The notes: generated from the letters alone by a model not told the origin. 54,033 nt of DNA from a virus (IMGVR_UViG_3300031565_014860:1-54033), one strand, 5' to 3'; shown: positions 37,726-48,139, counted from the stretch's first letter. A program made the numbers and translations.

Positions 37726-38649
37726 ATGTCAATAGGTTCATACGGAGCAGCAGACGTACCAAAAAAAGCAATTGGTTTTAGAGATATAGTTATGCATATG
37801 TCATCACTTATGTCTATAGCAAAGAAATCAAATATACCAATTATTAACTCTAGTACAACATTAGTTAAAAGAGATATAACAGTAGGACAACCAGGATATA
37901 TAGATAAAACTCTTTCTGGTGTTAGAGATGATATCAAGTTAGAGTACAAACCAATTTATAGAAACATGGAATATCCAAAATATCCATTTTGTATATTAGA
38001 TGAAAGTAAATTAAATAATGCAGATGCAAGAAATGAAAATATGAGAAATTTAAATTCTTCGAATGCTTTTTTCTCAGCTGCTTTAGATTACAATTTACTT
38101 ACTGAATTAAAAGCATGTTATGCAAATACAGCAGCAGCAACAGAAACTTGGACTACTAGTGAAACAGCAATTGAAGAAGATATCGTAACAGCAATTAGTG
38201 TAATCAATGATAAAACAAATCTAGTACCAGGACAACCAGTAAATGTTGTATATCCTGCAGCTTGTTCAGCAAGATTTAAAAGTTTAACTCTTGTTAATAA
38301 TATACAGACAAGTATAGAAGACCATTTAAGCAGGTCGCTTAAAATAAATCTTATACCATATAGACCAATGAGACAAGACAGTTCTACCTTATTATTTGAT
38401 GGATTGGGTAACGATGCATTAATATATGTTGGTGGTTCTGAAACTGCAGAAATGCATCTATTAGACCCAAGATTTGCACAAAGTGTGAATGTCCCATTAA
38501 TAGAACGAATGAGAGAATTTGGCCGAGGAGATAAATACCTACAACGAGCAGGAATGTTAACTATGGCTACATGGGATGGATATGAAACATACAGTGCAAC
38601 AGCTGGTGCAACAAGTAAGATTTATAAAGTAACTGCGGTTAAGAGCTAA
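37726..38649 (+). CDS. Major capsid protein (HK97 fold, inferred)
   Basis: 307 aa; canonical position; W......IEEDIVTAI pattern; followed by a hairpin terminator. Confidence 0.7.
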   Translation: MSIGSYGAADVPKKAIGFRDIVMHMSSLMSIAKKSNIPIINSSTTLVKRDITVGQPGYIDKTLSGVRDDIKLEYKPIYRNMEYPKYPFCILDESKLNNADARNENMRNLNSSNAFFSAALDYNLLTELKACYANTAAATETWTTSETAIEEDIVTAISVINDKTNLVPGQPVNVVYPAACSARFKSLTLVNNIQTSIEDHLSRSLKINLIPYRPMRQDSSTLLFDGLGNDALIYVGGSETAEMHLLDPRFAQSVNVPLIERMREFGRGDKYLQRAGMLTMATWDGYETYSATAGATSKIYKVTAVKS

Positions 38650-38670
38650 GGCTCTTGCTTTCTTTATTTT
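38641..38670 (+). terminator. Hairpin plus T-rich terminator after the capsid gene
   Basis: AAGAGC-TAAG-GCTCTT followed by GCTTTCTTTATTTT. Confidence 0.6.
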
Positions 38671-38691
38671 AATCACTGAGGTGAGAAATAA

Positions 38692-40767
38692 ATGTATAAT
38701 ATTAGAAAAGAAATTGATGGTTCTGCAGAAGATGTAGAAGAAATTAAAGGAAATAGGTTATTTACAGCTGATTATCAAATACAATGGCGTTCTGATGCAA
38801 CGTATATATATTCAAGTGCTACTGGACAATTAGATACTGTTGCAAGTGGCGTATATACAGTAACAGCACCAACTACTACTATTACAGCATCAACTTTAGG
38901 AGCAGTATATACACCAGATTTTAGAGTCGGATTCGATACTGGGTCATATATGAAAGTAGCAGTAGCAGATACAACAGGAGTAACAGCAGTAACATTCGCA
39001 GGTAGTGGAGCAACATATACATTAACCGTTCCAACATTTACAGTTGTAGCAGCAAGCGGAATAAAACTTGACGGTGCAATAACTTTTGATGGAGATGGAA
39101 CTTTAACTGATGCAGCAAATGTACTTACCATTACACAGGATACTATTACATTGGTCGGTGCAACAGCAATATCTCTTGATGGAGATACATCAGTAAATGC
39201 AGCACATACATTTACAACTGGAACTGGAAATGTAACTATTAAAGGAGATATGTCAATAGATGCAGATAAAGACTTTGATATGTCTGGGGGAACTGGTACA
39301 TTTGCAACTGGAACTGGAAATGTTTCACTAAATGGCGATGTAACAATAGCCGCAGATAAAAATTTAGCAATGTCTGGAACTGCAACATTCACAACAGGAA
39401 CTGGAGACGTAACAATAAATGGACAATTAATTGCAACAAAATTACCAACATCAGATGCAACACCAACAATAGGAATAGGAAATTGTGGAACTAGACTTGT
39501 TGATACATCAGTTGCAGATAGTTTGTTTTTTCAATCAGTTGTAACTGCTTGTGCTAAAGACACTGCGGGAAATTCAACCGCAGCAGGATATTTTAGTTCA
39601 AATAATGTAGCAGCAACTGCAAATGCAAGATTACAATCAGTATTAGCACACACATATCTAAGTGGAGATTGTAATGACGCATACGGAGTTCAAGGACATT
39701 TAACTGTATTACAGGATGTAGCAGCAGGTGGAGCAGCATACAATTTAATCGGAGTATCAGGTAAAGCAACTTTAACATCTGGAAAAACTGTATCCGCAGG
39801 AAGAGTATGCGGTGGTCTATTCATAGTAGATGGAGCAGGTTCAGTTACAAATGAATGTTATGGAGTAATGATTCATACTGAAAGCACAGTAACAGCGTGT
39901 GATGCATTACTTAAATTATCAGCAGGAGCAGCAGTAACCACAGGTATTTCAATGACTGGAGAATATACAAATTCAATCCTATTGCCTGATGATGCACCAA
40001 TGTTAATTGGTACAACAAGAACAGATGCTTCAACATACATTGGAATGGAGTTTGATGAAACTACTACAGGTGTAGGTTTGTTTACAATGGGTTCTACCTC
40101 AGCACCAATGGTATTAAATACGAATCCCGGAGCAAATGTAATAGGACATACAATTAATATATTACATTCAGCTGGAGCAGGTGATAATGAGAACCTATAT
40201 GGCTCATATGTAAAAGCAGCTATTACTGGAGAGGGAGACACTGATACAGTATTAGTTGGTAGTGCGCCAAGAGCTTATATCGGAACAAATGGTGGAACTA
40301 CGGTAGCTTCTGCTGCTTATGGTTGTCAACCTTGGGCTAAACACGAGGGAACTGGTGCAGTAACAGCAATGTCTGGTGTATCCGCATTAGTTGATGTAAA
40401 CACAGATGCATTTACAGCAAGTACAGTTAATGCAGGACATTTCCATATTGAAGGTGCAGCAACAGTAACAGGTCAATTTGATGGTGTAATGATTGAAGCA
40501 TATCCAGACGTTACATGCATGGATTCAATGTTAGCTCTTGCAGTTGATAGTGGAGCAGTAGTAGGTTCAGGTGTCAGAATTACAGGAACTCCTAAAAATG
40601 GAATATTATTCCAAAACGGAGTAAGTATTTCTGGTGGAGCAGGTACAGACGATACAACTATTAAATCAGAACAAGGAGAAACAGCACCAGCTGGTTCTAT
40701 TTACATAGGCTCAAGTGGTGTACATGTGATGGTATCAACAACTTGGACAGCATTAACAATCAATTAA
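38692..40767 (+). CDS. Long beta-rich virion protein (head spike/fibre candidate)
   Basis: 691 aa, Gly/Thr/Ala-rich; ~30-aa repeats F(T/A)TGTG(N/D)V...GD..I.ADK...MSG; directly after the capsid gene. Confidence 0.6.
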   Translation: MYNIRKEIDGSAEDVEEIKGNRLFTADYQIQWRSDATYIYSSATGQLDTVASGVYTVTAPTTTITASTLGAVYTPDFRVGFDTGSYMKVAVADTTGVTAVTFAGSGATYTLTVPTFTVVAASGIKLDGAITFDGDGTLTDAANVLTITQDTITLVGATAISLDGDTSVNAAHTFTTGTGNVTIKGDMSIDADKDFDMSGGTGTFATGTGNVSLNGDVTIAADKNLAMSGTATFTTGTGDVTINGQLIATKLPTSDATPTIGIGNCGTRLVDTSVADSLFFQSVVTACAKDTAGNSTAAGYFSSNNVAATANARLQSVLAHTYLSGDCNDAYGVQGHLTVLQDVAAGGAAYNLIGVSGKATLTSGKTVSAGRVCGGLFIVDGAGSVTNECYGVMIHTESTVTACDALLKLSAGAAVTTGISMTGEYTNSILLPDDAPMLIGTTRTDASTYIGMEFDETTTGVGLFTMGSTSAPMVLNTNPGANVIGHTINILHSAGAGDNENLYGSYVKAAITGEGDTDTVLVGSAPRAYIGTNGGTTVASAAYGCQPWAKHEGTGAVTAMSGVSALVDVNTDAFTASTVNAGHFHIEGAATVTGQFDGVMIEAYPDVTCMDSMLALAVDSGAVVGSGVRITGTPKNGILFQNGVSISGGAGTDDTTIKSEQGETAPAGSIYIGSSGVHVMVSTTWTALTIN

Positions 40768-40770
40768 TTG

Positions 40771-40788
40771 GGGCAAGTGCCCTTTTTT
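40771..40788 (+). terminator. Hairpin plus oligo-T terminator
   Basis: GGGC-AAGT-GCCC followed by TTTTTT. Confidence 0.6.
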
Positions 40789-40819
40789 ATTTTTATGTAG
40801 GAGTTAATAAAATAGGAGA

Positions 40820-41206
40820 GTGGGAAAAATGGCAGCAAATTTGACCAAAATTGAGTTAAAAACAACAACAATGACATTAACAGGACAAGATGCAGAAGGA
40901 AATATAGTTGAAAAAGAACAACCTTTTGAATATAAAAAACAAATACTAAGTGCATTAAATGAACGACCAATTGACCCTAGAACAAATCAACAAAGACCAT
41001 TTGGTCCAATAGAAATGAGACATCGTTTAAAGCTAATTGATAAAGTAACAGAGGCTACTACAGAAGTATTATTAGAAAAGTCAGAATACAAAGAACTAAA
41101 AGAAGCAATAAATGCAGTAGGATGGCTAATCGTTAATAAAACCATTGTTCAATATCTTGATGATATAGAAAAGGCTGTAGAAGTACCAGTAGTTGCATCA
41201 GAATAA
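40820..41206 (+). CDS. Hypothetical protein (possible fibre chaperone)
   Basis: GGAG RBS; helical; follows the fibre-like gene. Confidence 0.5.
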   Translation: MGKMAANLTKIELKTTTMTLTGQDAEGNIVEKEQPFEYKKQILSALNERPIDPRTNQQRPFGPIEMRHRLKLIDKVTEATTEVLLEKSEYKELKEAINAVGWLIVNKTIVQYLDDIEKAVEVPVVASE

Positions 41207-41226
41207 AATTATTAGGAGACGAAATA

Positions 41227-41526
41227 ATGAAGAAAATTAATTGGTATAAGATTATTGGTAATTCAGGAACAGCGTTTTTTACAACTATGGGTGGAATAGT
41301 ATCATATAATTCATTAATTGCTAATACTGTACCAATTAATATTCTAATTCCTGTTAGTTTATTAGTATCAGGAATACACGGGTCCTTAGCTTTTTTCAAA
41401 GAACTAAGTGAAATATCAATATTAAAAGATGAAGAGTCAAATATTATTACAAGATGTGTAAAATCAACAGTAGATTTTCATAGACACCAAACAGTTAAGA
41501 TTTTGCATAATATGTTATTATGGTGA
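41227..41526 (+). CDS. Small membrane protein (holin-like candidate)
   Basis: Two hydrophobic segments in 99 aa. Confidence 0.45.
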   Translation: MKKINWYKIIGNSGTAFFTTMGGIVSYNSLIANTVPINILIPVSLLVSGIHGSLAFFKELSEISILKDEESNIITRCVKSTVDFHRHQTVKILHNMLLW

Positions 41527-41530
41527 TATA

Positions 41531-41905
41531 ATGGTAAGTATAGGAACGGTTCATAAAGAATTAAATTGTAAAAAAATAGATATTATTACAGTTGATGCTG
41601 GTACTTTTTCAACTACAGTATTTGCTAATGGTATTATTGAAAAAGTATGGTTTGATAAAAATACAATAGCAGATAATGTTAATGTTACTTTAACAGATAC
41701 TATTACAGGAGAAGTAATAATTGATTTTAATACATTATCTGCAGATAAATTAGCATATCCTAAAAAAGCAGCACAAGATATAAATGGTACTAACTTATCA
41801 GCAGATGCTAATATATATACAAAGTTTTGTGCTGGTCAAGTAACACTAACTATAGATACTGGTGGAAGTGTAAAATCAGGAATATTTTATATTTGGGTAA
41901 GTTAA
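41531..41905 (+). CDS. Small beta-rich virion protein
   Basis: All-beta pattern, GGTGA RBS, structural operon. Confidence 0.5.
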   Translation: MVSIGTVHKELNCKKIDIITVDAGTFSTTVFANGIIEKVWFDKNTIADNVNVTLTDTITGEVIIDFNTLSADKLAYPKKAAQDINGTNLSADANIYTKFCAGQVTLTIDTGGSVKSGIFYIWVS

Positions 41906-42286
41906 ATGACAAACTATATTACAGCTGCTCAATTTACATCAATAACTAATGTAACATGGGCAGAAGCAGGAGAAGAAAGTGCAGCATCTACTACAATTAG
42001 AGATGCAAAAATAACTAAAGCACAATCAGAATTTATATTAGATGTTGAAAGAGAATATGATGGAACAGAAAATGATTATGAATTAGCACAAGAAGCTATT
42101 GCATTTTTAACTTCACATAGAATTTCAATAGCAAACTCTCCAAATATATCAGAAGGAATAATGTCATATCCTCATAAAAAAGAATATGAAAGAATATTAA
42201 AATTATTAAAAACATCAGAAGTACGTTCAATGGCAACTTTTGATGGTACAATGTCAACTGTGACAATTAATGATATTGACGGATAA
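41906..42286 (+). CDS. Head-tail adaptor (gp6/gp15-like)
   Basis: MTNYITAAQF...KITKAQSEFI...LAQEAIAFLTSH helical connector pattern; position. Confidence 0.6.
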   Translation: MTNYITAAQFTSITNVTWAEAGEESAASTTIRDAKITKAQSEFILDVEREYDGTENDYELAQEAIAFLTSHRISIANSPNISEGIMSYPHKKEYERILKLLKTSEVRSMATFDGTMSTVTINDIDG

Positions 42287-42290
42287 AATT

Positions 42291-42320
42291 GTGTTAATAT
42301 ATATTAAACAAGTAACATTT
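42291..42320. repeat. Partial copy 3 of the dispersed palindrome family
   Basis: GTGTTAATATATATTAAACAAGTAACATTT versus TGTTTACTATATATTAAACAAGCGACATTT at 10511-10540; begins a ~190-bp intergenic gap. Confidence 0.7.
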
Positions 42321-42473
42321 CAGTAAATAATTAAACACCCTTTAAATTCATTATTTGTCTTTAAAAATATTTAAAGATTCATAAAAAAGAAGTAATAATT
42401 ATTGCATTCAATTATATAAATTGTTTGCAAAAACGCATTAAAAAATCTCAATTGGGAGATTTGGTGATAAGCA

Positions 42474-42947
42474 ATGGGGCTTAGTGAAATAGGAATATCA
42501 ATTCGTGATGATTTAAGAAATGCATTGTCTGACCCTTTAGGGGACCCTGTAAGTAATACTGATTCTAAAAGACAATGGATACATTATGATTCTCTCAATA
42601 GATTAGAAGGAATAGGAAAAACACCATGTATATTTATCGAGCGTGTAGGTACAGATGAAAGAGTAATGACTGTAGGAACAGCACAAACTGATGATTTTTT
42701 TAGATATAATATTAATGTAGTAGTTAGTAATACTGATAGAGGAGCTATTGATGGAATTACAATAAATAATTCTGAGGAAATATTAGATAAATTAGTAGAT
42801 AAAATAGATGCTCGTTTGAAGTCAGTGTATGTTACAATTGACCCAGATTTTATAATTTCGCTTATTCCATTGACTGTAGGAGGGACGTGGAATTATAATA
42901 AAAATACTAAAGCATGTACAAGCGGATGGTTGGTGCAAAAAGTATGA
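42474..42947 (+). CDS. Tail terminator / tail completion protein
   Basis: 157 aa, PCIFIE...YNINVVV...LVDKIDARL pattern; position before the tail tube gene. Confidence 0.55.
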   Translation: MGLSEIGISIRDDLRNALSDPLGDPVSNTDSKRQWIHYDSLNRLEGIGKTPCIFIERVGTDERVMTVGTAQTDDFFRYNINVVVSNTDRGAIDGITINNSEEILDKLVDKIDARLKSVYVTIDPDFIISLIPLTVGGTWNYNKNTKACTSGWLVQKV

Positions 42948-44101
42948 AAAAAATATTATTTATGACGGATGGATTTAGGAGTCCAACGGGATTTGGGACA
43001 GTAGCTGCTAATTTAATTTCTAGACTTAATAAGGAGTTTGAATGTGCAATATTATCATGGCAATATATAGGAAATAAATATCACGATATTGAATTTGATT
43101 GTGATGTATATCCTGTAAGTAATCATAGTTATGGAAAAGATACACTATCATATGTATTAGCAGAATTTAAGCCAGATATATTTATAACAATTGGTGACGG
43201 ATATATGCTTAATTATATATGTGATGTTCGTTTTCAGAAATTACTAAAAGATGTTAAATGGATATCATATTTACCAATAGATGGTGATGTTATTCCTATG
43301 CAATATGAGGAATTTTTAGAATTTCCAAATGTAATAGTAACAATGGCTAAACATGGACAAAAAGTATTAGATAAATTAGGAATACGAAATGTTTATATTC
43401 CACATGGAATAGACACTTCTGTTTATAAGCCAATGGATAAAGATAAATTAAAAGAAGAGTATGGATATTCAAAAGATACTTTTATTTATGGATGTGTAGC
43501 TAGAAATCAAGATAGAAAACAATTGCAACGATTAGTAAGAGCATTTTCATTATTAAAAGATAAAAGTAATAAAATATTACACTTTCACAATGACCCACTA
43601 GACCCTGCAAATATGTTTAAAGATAGTAATAATAATATGTATTCTGTATTAATGCAAGCTATTTGTTATTATGGAGTAAAAGACTATGTATATTTTAGCA
43701 AAGGAGTAAGAGATTTTATAAATGGAATTAATACTCAAGAAATGGCAAAAACATATAATATGTTTGATGTACATTGTTTACCAACTGGTGGTGAAGGATT
43801 TGGTTTACCAATAGTGGAAAGTTTAGCTTGTGGTATTCCTCAAATAATAACTGACTTTACAACAGCAGAAGAGTTAGTTGGAGATGATAGAGGAATTAGA
43901 GTTCCAGCAATAACTCATATATTTGTTCCACATGGGTCATTAAAAGCTTTAATAGATGAAGAAAAAATGTCAGAAGCTATGCAACAATTATATGATAATG
44001 ATGTATTAAGAAAACAAATGGGAGAAAATGCAGCAAAGTTTGCATTAGGGTATGATTGGAACAATACAATAGTAGAGTGGAAAAAATTATTAAACGAATG
44101 A
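42944..44101 (+). CDS. GT-B glycosyltransferase (GT4-like)
   Basis: SPTGFGTV, YIPHGID, VARNQDRKQ, GEGFGLPIVESLACGIP; ATGA-coupled to the upstream tail gene. Confidence 0.92.
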   Translation: MKKILFMTDGFRSPTGFGTVAANLISRLNKEFECAILSWQYIGNKYHDIEFDCDVYPVSNHSYGKDTLSYVLAEFKPDIFITIGDGYMLNYICDVRFQKLLKDVKWISYLPIDGDVIPMQYEEFLEFPNVIVTMAKHGQKVLDKLGIRNVYIPHGIDTSVYKPMDKDKLKEEYGYSKDTFIYGCVARNQDRKQLQRLVRAFSLLKDKSNKILHFHNDPLDPANMFKDSNNNMYSVLMQAICYYGVKDYVYFSKGVRDFINGINTQEMAKTYNMFDVHCLPTGGEGFGLPIVESLACGIPQIITDFTTAEELVGDDRGIRVPAITHIFVPHGSLKALIDEEKMSEAMQQLYDNDVLRKQMGENAAKFALGYDWNNTIVEWKKLLNE

Positions 44102-44110
44102 GGTGATTTT

Positions 44111-44737
44111 ATGGATGATAAAGAATATTATAATCAAAGAGATTTAGATGTTATGAGTACTCTTGGTAATATAGAACATATTCATATATTTAATGAATTA
44201 GATGATGGTAGAACTTTATATGATAATCCATCAGTTCTTGAAGTTGGTTGTGGTTCAGGAAAAGAAATGTTAAGATTAAAAGATAATTGGAGAGGAAAAA
44301 ATAATACTGAACTTAATATTAAAGGAGTTGATTTAAACGAATATGCAATTTCTTTATGCAAGGAGAGAGGATTAGATGTTCAGTCTGGAGATATGGAAAG
44401 TTTACCATTTGAAGATAATTGTTTTGATATTGTTATTGCTCAACATTCTATAGAACATGGAGATACTGAAAAAGCAATTAAAGAATTGGTTAGAGTAGCA
44501 TCTAAAAAAATTATAATAGTTGTTCCTATAGAAGCAGCAACAGGAGAGGGGTATACAAAATTACAAGAACATAAAACAATAGTAACAGATAATTTATTAT
44601 CAAATATTTTTAGAAAAATACCAAACGAAAGACATAAAATAATAAAAGAGATTGTAAAATATGAACAAAATGGTATAACATATAGAAATCATATGATAGT
44701 AATTTATAAAAAAGAAAATAAAGAAGAGGTGATATAA
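44111..44737 (+). CDS. Class I SAM-dependent methyltransferase
   Basis: VLEVGCGSG, GVDLN, GDMESLPFEDNCFDIV, SIEH, ELVRV. Confidence 0.9.
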   Translation: MDDKEYYNQRDLDVMSTLGNIEHIHIFNELDDGRTLYDNPSVLEVGCGSGKEMLRLKDNWRGKNNTELNIKGVDLNEYAISLCKERGLDVQSGDMESLPFEDNCFDIVIAQHSIEHGDTEKAIKELVRVASKKIIIVVPIEAATGEGYTKLQEHKTIVTDNLLSNIFRKIPNERHKIIKEIVKYEQNGITYRNHMIVIYKKENKEEVI

Positions 44738-45127
44738 TTGGTAGTACATACAGGAATAGTTGGACAAATGGTAGTTAGTGGTTCTACTTTATCTGGAGCA
44801 AATGGTTCATTAACAGAAGGAACTCTTGTTGTGGGTAAAGAAAGAGGAAAATTCAATGCAGTGGGTACAGACGTTCCTGAACACACAACTGGTATGAATG
44901 ATGTTTCTGGAACATTAAAAAGAAAATGGGTTTCTGGAGATACTTTATTCCAAGATTTAGTAGATGGTGATATTGAATTTGAAGTAGCAATATCTATTAA
45001 CGTATCTGGTTCAGGAGCAACAGTAACAGGGTCAGGATGCATTGGTACAACAGTAACAAGACGATTAGCACCAGGAACCGAAGTATTAATGGAAGAAATG
45101 CCATTTGTAGGAAGAGATTGGTATTAG
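44738..45127 (+). CDS. Tail tube protein
   Basis: 129 aa beta-rich (HTG..G, VSGTLKRKW, EEMPFVG); TTG start after GAGGTGA; precedes chaperone and tape measure. Confidence 0.7.
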   Translation: MVVHTGIVGQMVVSGSTLSGANGSLTEGTLVVGKERGKFNAVGTDVPEHTTGMNDVSGTLKRKWVSGDTLFQDLVDGDIEFEVAISINVSGSGATVTGSGCIGTTVTRRLAPGTEVLMEEMPFVGRDWY

Positions 45128-45147
45128 AATAACACGAGGTGTAGAGA

Positions 45148-45731
45148 ATGGGCAACTTTTTAACTAAAAATTTCCTCACGCATAATAGAGGAGCAGATGG
45201 AAATTTAATTCCAATAGAATATACGATTCCTGAATTTAATAAACTGGTTTCTATAATTCCAACAACTAGAGGAGAAATGTTAGATTTATCGGTTAATATA
45301 AAAAAGGCAAATCTTTTAACATTAAAAGAAACAAAAGAAGAAAATGTATCTGAAGACCATGCTCAAATGGTTTGGGAAACATTTATAATTGAACATATAG
45401 AAAATCCAAAACTTGATTCGGAAACATTTAAAGATACTAAACTATTAAGAACAAAAAATAAATTAGGCGAAGTAATACATAAAAAAATAACAGATGTACT
45501 TTTAGATGCAATATACGAAGCAAGTGGAATAGAGTTAGAAGCCGAAGAAGAATTAAAAAAAAATTAGATGATTTATATAGGGTTAAAAAACTACATAATA
45601 AATTATCAGTAGAAACCTTTTTGCATAAGAAAGGTTATAATTATTTCAACATTCCCCGTTTAACATATAAGGAAATTAGTCAATTAATAGATGGAGACAA
45701 AGTGGTGAATAACACATGGGACGAGTTGTAG
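45148..45731 (+). CDS. Tail assembly chaperone (45148-45567) with -1 frameshift extension to 45731
   Basis: Ends ELKKN* on a nine-A run (45555-45563). The -1 frame stays open: KLDDLYRVKKLHNKLSVETFLHKKGYNYFNIPRLTYKEISQLIDGDKVVNNTWDEL*. Confidence 0.75.
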
Positions 45732-48139
45732 TTGACGAAGCAGTATTCAAAACAGCAGTAGAAGGTGTAGCTACAGCTATATCTCAAATGAATAAATTTG
45801 AAGCTGCTATAAATTCATCATTAACTAAAATACAAACAGTAGGTCGTAAAGGAATAGATACTACTTCATTTTCAAATTTAAATAATATAAATGGTGAATT
45901 AACCGGGTCTTTAGATACTGCTGGAAAGGCAATGACTACAATGTCTAAAGATGCAGATGAATTAGATGATTCGGTTAATAAATTAAATAAATCAAATAAA
46001 GTAGCAAAAAAAGGATTTAAAGATTTAGTAGTACAAGGTATGTTTATGAGTATCGGTTGGCAAATAATTAATAATGCAATGTTAGCTGGAGCAGGTGTAA
46101 TAAAAGATTATTTTACAGCAAGTATTAAATTAGAACAAAATTTAAAAACTATGTCGATAGTAGCAGCTAGTACTGGAAGGTCATATGCAGATATATTAGG
46201 AGTAGTAAATTCACAAATGGATGAATTTACAGATAAATCTGTTCTTATGGACGGTGTACTTAGATTATTATCTACTGGTCTTTCTACTGATGAAATTAAT
46301 CAATATATTACAGCAATTAAAGAAGGTTCGGCTGCAATGGGTGTTGATTTTAATGAACAATTAGCATTACAAGCACGTGGTTTTAAACAATTAACTGCAA
46401 ATATTTTAGATAATATTGGTGTTACTGTTTACTTGGACGATGTTAAAAGAAAAGCATCTAAAACATATGGAGTAACTATAGAACAATTAACAGAAGACCA
46501 AATTCATAGACAATTATTAAATGAAATAATAGCACAGACTACTAAATATGAAGGTGCTTGGGAAGCTCAATTAGGAACAACAGCAGGAGCAATTGCAAGA
46601 GTAAAAACTGAATATAATTTACTTATGCAAGAAGTATCAGATACAACGTTTATGAAAAATGCTAGTACTAAATTAGCAGATTTATTATCTGACTTAAGAG
46701 AGTATGCTGTTACTTTAGAAACAATACGAAAATATGATGAAAATTTAGAAACTACACAAAAACTAGGAGCATTTGTATCTGGAAATTATATTCCTCCTAC
46801 TCCTATATTAGAAGAACAAGAATCAGAAGAATCGTTTTATACAATGTATGCAAATAGAAAAAAAGAAGTAGATATTATTATAGATAGTTTAATAGAGTAT
46901 AAAAAGATAGTAGGAGAAACATATGCTCAAGATGTTATTTATACAAAAGAATTAGACAATGCTGCAAGAATATTAAGTACAACTCCTGCAATGATAGAAA
47001 AAGAAATTGCAGCAAGAACAACTTCTAATGTTACAATAGAAGAAAGTATATCAAAACAAGATATATTATCTAATAGATTAAGTAAAATGATAGAATATAA
47101 AAAAGATGAAAGACGAGAATATTATTTAACAACAGAAGAAGGAAAGTCATATAATAATATGTTACAAGAACAAAATAATTTATATAATGAAACTAATACT
47201 ATGTTATTTTCATTAAATGGACAATTGACTAATAATAAAAATGAAATTCAAAAACTAACATATGGTACAGTTGAATGGGAAGGAGCAACTTTAAAAGTAG
47301 GATATGGATTAAAGAATTTACAAAAAGATTTACAATATGCTACTGACCAATATAATGATTATAATTCACAATTATCTGATAGTACAAGCAAAATATCATC
47401 TTTAACTAGAGAATTAGATAGATTAAAATCTGCAATGGGAAAAGAGGAAGATACAGACTCTGCAACTAGATTAAAAGAAGTAAAAAAGGAATTAGAAAAA
47501 GCAACAAAAGACCAAATAACAGCAGAAGATAATTTATTAAAAAGAGTAGAACCACGAATTTTCCAAGAATATAAAGCAGCAGCATCTGATGCAAAAAGCG
47601 AAATAGCAAGATTAACAGCAGAACAGTCTAGATTAGAAATTAATGTTCAAAGTGAAATTGATAGAGTAACTGAAGAACTATCTCGAGAATATGATACTCA
47701 ACAAACTTTAATTGAATCTGTTGAAACATGGAAAACTAAACAAGATGAATTAACAGGTAAAATAGAAGATACACAAACAGCATTAAATACACTAAATACT
47801 ACAAATTTCTTTTTAGAAGAGAAAATTAAAACAGAAACAGAAAAATTAAAACCAATAGAAACGGAAATAGATACAATACAAAGTAAGATTAACAAACTTG
47901 CAGAAGGAGTAACAATTCCAATTCAAACAGTATCTAGATATTCATATTTAGATAATATAGGACAAGGATATTCATCTAAATATGGAGCAGGAACAAACAC
48001 TAGTAATACAACCACAAATACAAATACAATTACATTCGGAGCTGGGTCTATTGTAATAGATGCTAAAAATCAAAATGTAGGAGAAATTGAAGATAAAATA
48101 GAAAGATGGATTAAAAGTAAAATATCAGGAGTAGTTTAA
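45716..48139 (+). CDS. Tape measure protein
   Basis: 807 aa helical/coiled coil, ILDNIGV motif, follows the chaperone. Confidence 0.88.
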   Translation: MGRVVVDEAVFKTAVEGVATAISQMNKFEAAINSSLTKIQTVGRKGIDTTSFSNLNNINGELTGSLDTAGKAMTTMSKDADELDDSVNKLNKSNKVAKKGFKDLVVQGMFMSIGWQIINNAMLAGAGVIKDYFTASIKLEQNLKTMSIVAASTGRSYADILGVVNSQMDEFTDKSVLMDGVLRLLSTGLSTDEINQYITAIKEGSAAMGVDFNEQLALQARGFKQLTANILDNIGVTVYLDDVKRKASKTYGVTIEQLTEDQIHRQLLNEIIAQTTKYEGAWEAQLGTTAGAIARVKTEYNLLMQEVSDTTFMKNASTKLADLLSDLREYAVTLETIRKYDENLETTQKLGAFVSGNYIPPTPILEEQESEESFYTMYANRKKEVDIIIDSLIEYKKIVGETYAQDVIYTKELDNAARILSTTPAMIEKEIAARTTSNVTIEESISKQDILSNRLSKMIEYKKDERREYYLTTEEGKSYNNMLQEQNNLYNETNTMLFSLNGQLTNNKNEIQKLTYGTVEWEGATLKVGYGLKNLQKDLQYATDQYNDYNSQLSDSTSKISSLTRELDRLKSAMGKEEDTDSATRLKEVKKELEKATKDQITAEDNLLKRVEPRIFQEYKAAASDAKSEIARLTAEQSRLEINVQSEIDRVTEELSREYDTQQTLIESVETWKTKQDELTGKIEDTQTALNTLNTTNFFLEEKIKTETEKLKPIETEIDTIQSKINKLAEGVTIPIQTVSRYSYLDNIGQGYSSKYGAGTNTSNTTTNTNTITFGAGSIVIDAKNQNVGEIEDKIERWIKSKISGVV

